Source of the DNA: Felis catus
Lineage: Eukaryota
Reading direction: 5' to 3'
DNA: 64,000 nucleotides
NCBI RefSeq assembly: GCF_018350175.1
Contig: NC_058368.1
Span: 50,779,815 to 50,843,814 of the forward strand
Under the pieces are notes generated by a model. The model worked only from the letters and a program-made list of their open reading frames with translations, did no database searches and was not told the origin of the DNA. Position numbers and translations under genes: made by a program. Shown here in pieces: positions 62,360 to 64,000 of this stretch (position 1 is its first letter; each line of letters opens with the position of its first letter).

Positions 62360-63200
62360 GTGGATAAGATGTCATTGATGATGTAAAGCTGAGAAAAGCA
62401 ACCTCACTACCAGCAGCATGGGAAGACAGGCTGATCCGCAGAAAAACTCAGGAATTGGAGGAACCCTATTATGTAAAAGCAGGAATACAAATGGGCAATG
62501 GAAACTAGAGGATCAATTGAAAATCTGCACAGACTACAGAACCCCAGAAGTCTCTCCCACTCCAACAGAAGACAGGGCGACTCTCCAAAAAGTGCACCAA
62601 AGAGATTCTGAGCTGAACGCAGGGGGCAGAACTGAGGGTCAGTGTATAGTATTGAGAATAGGGGCATTAAGTACATGGTGAGATCTCTTCTTGCTTCCTC
62701 CAGAACGCTGGTAGATAGGCTTACCCCTTTCAGATAGGGAACTGACCAAACCAAGAGAAAAGACATCTATGGACCAGGGGTCCCTCAGTAAAAAAAGCCA
62801 TCCATTGACAAAATTTCCCCATACACGTAGTTATCTGTCACCCTTTGGTTGCCTCAGTCTTAAAAAATGAGCAGAAGCCAAGGATCATAAGTCATTTGAG
62901 AAAAGTCCCCAACATGAAAGAGAGAAGCTAAGACATCTAAAAAAGTAAAAAAAATGACTCAGGGGAAACAAAAATATTGCAGTAAACAGAGACTTTGAAA
63001 AAAACTATAATGGAAACCTTCAGTGAGGTAAGAAAGTATACTTAATCCATAAAATAAAACCACAAGCCTATAAACCTAAGAATATTGAGGGGGGGGGGAA
63101 GATCTTTGCACTTTAAAAATACTATGATAGCAAAATGAAAATCTAAAAGAAAACAAAAAAAAAAAAAGGAAAGAGAAAGGCTTGGAAGCAAAGTTAACCA
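62360..63200 (+). mobile_element. Old L1 5'UTR/ORF1-start remnant
   Basis: 'ccaaggatcataagtcatttgagaaaagtccccaacatgaaagagag', 'cttcagtgaggtaagaaag', 'ggcttggaagcaaagtt'. Confidence 0.6.
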
Positions 63201-64000
63201 TTGCCGTGGTAGAGCTGATCCTCAAACCTAAGCTCCCCCTTCTTCGCCTTTCCTCCCATCAATGCCTGCCCTCCAGTGCGTTCTCATGGATGGCAGCTGT
63301 GGTTTAGAGAATTTGTAGCATTCTAAGCCTCCCTTAGAACCGTTATATCAAAACACTCTCACTTCACGAGCAATAAAACTTTATTGCCAGATTCTGCCAT
63401 TTATCTGGAAATAGAAATATAGGTCTCCCCTACCCCCTGTTTCTCTCTTCATTCTTAAGTGCATTCTGTGCAATGATTGTATAATACCAATTGCCCACTG
63501 GGTGTTTTACTTTATTTTTCCAGGCAGCCCACACAAAATAGACTGTCCTTTATAGCCTTTAGAAATAGTAACTTGAATTAGCAAGAAGAATTGACATGCT
63601 CACAGAGGCAACTTCCACCAACACCAGCGAGCTCCCTCCTCAAATGCAGCCCCACCCTGAACCTTTCCTCGCTCAGCCCTCCCATCTCTGAGATCATTAA
63701 TTACCTACTCCTTCAGCACATTTGTGCTCTACTCCTAGGTGCTGACAACACAAGCCTGTCTCCTTTTACATGGTTGTCTGAAACTTTCACAGCAGGCAAG
63801 GCTCAGATTTAATCATTTGATTCTGATGCACATTCTTTAACAACTTAGAGCAGCATTTAAGTACAGTATGACAGATCTGGGACTATCACAACCCTCTTCA
63901 TCAGAGTTATTCCCACAGCCAGGGGTCCATCCTTGTGAAAAGTTAAATGCCTGGTTTTAAAAAGCTTTTAGACTTTTCATTTGGTTGTGCTGAAAGCTTC

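Noticed and set aside
61891..62378. Five overlapping 140-155 aa ORFs (K/E/R-rich or F/L/S-rich)
   Set aside because: They arise from the stop-free purine microsatellite.
4557..62962. Scattered AP-1 (TGASTCA) motifs
   Set aside because: The number seen is not clearly above chance for a 7-mer in 64 kb, and there is no convincing cluster.

Overview
Mammalian genomic DNA, almost certainly a felid: it carries 30 tRNA-derived Can-SINEs, two of them matching the young cat SINEC_Fc type as I recall it. The window looks intronic or intergenic and is AT-rich. I cannot support any protein-coding gene or RNA gene; the supplied ORFs are explained by SINEs, LINE/LTR/DNA-transposon remnants, simple repeats or chance. 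The content is a layered repeat landscape of ancient MIR, L2, L1M, MER5A, MER58, MER63, MLT1 and MER21 elements, carnivore L1 pieces, ERV1-type LTRs (one compact young-looking solo LTR) and microsatellites. I found no convincing novel biological system. The best leads, all unvalidated, are: a minus-strand 31-nt micro-exon candidate with a (CA)13 tract abutting its donor; a CpG-retaining minus-strand MLT1 LTR with a possible splice donor upstream of it; a CpG-rich 288-bp solo LTR; a CpG-enriched unique segment with a perfect ETS motif; a 23:7 SINE strand bias; and an L2<L1<SINE nest with a triplicated target site. Repeat family names come from recalled consensus sequences, not from a search, and boundaries of old repeats are approximate.
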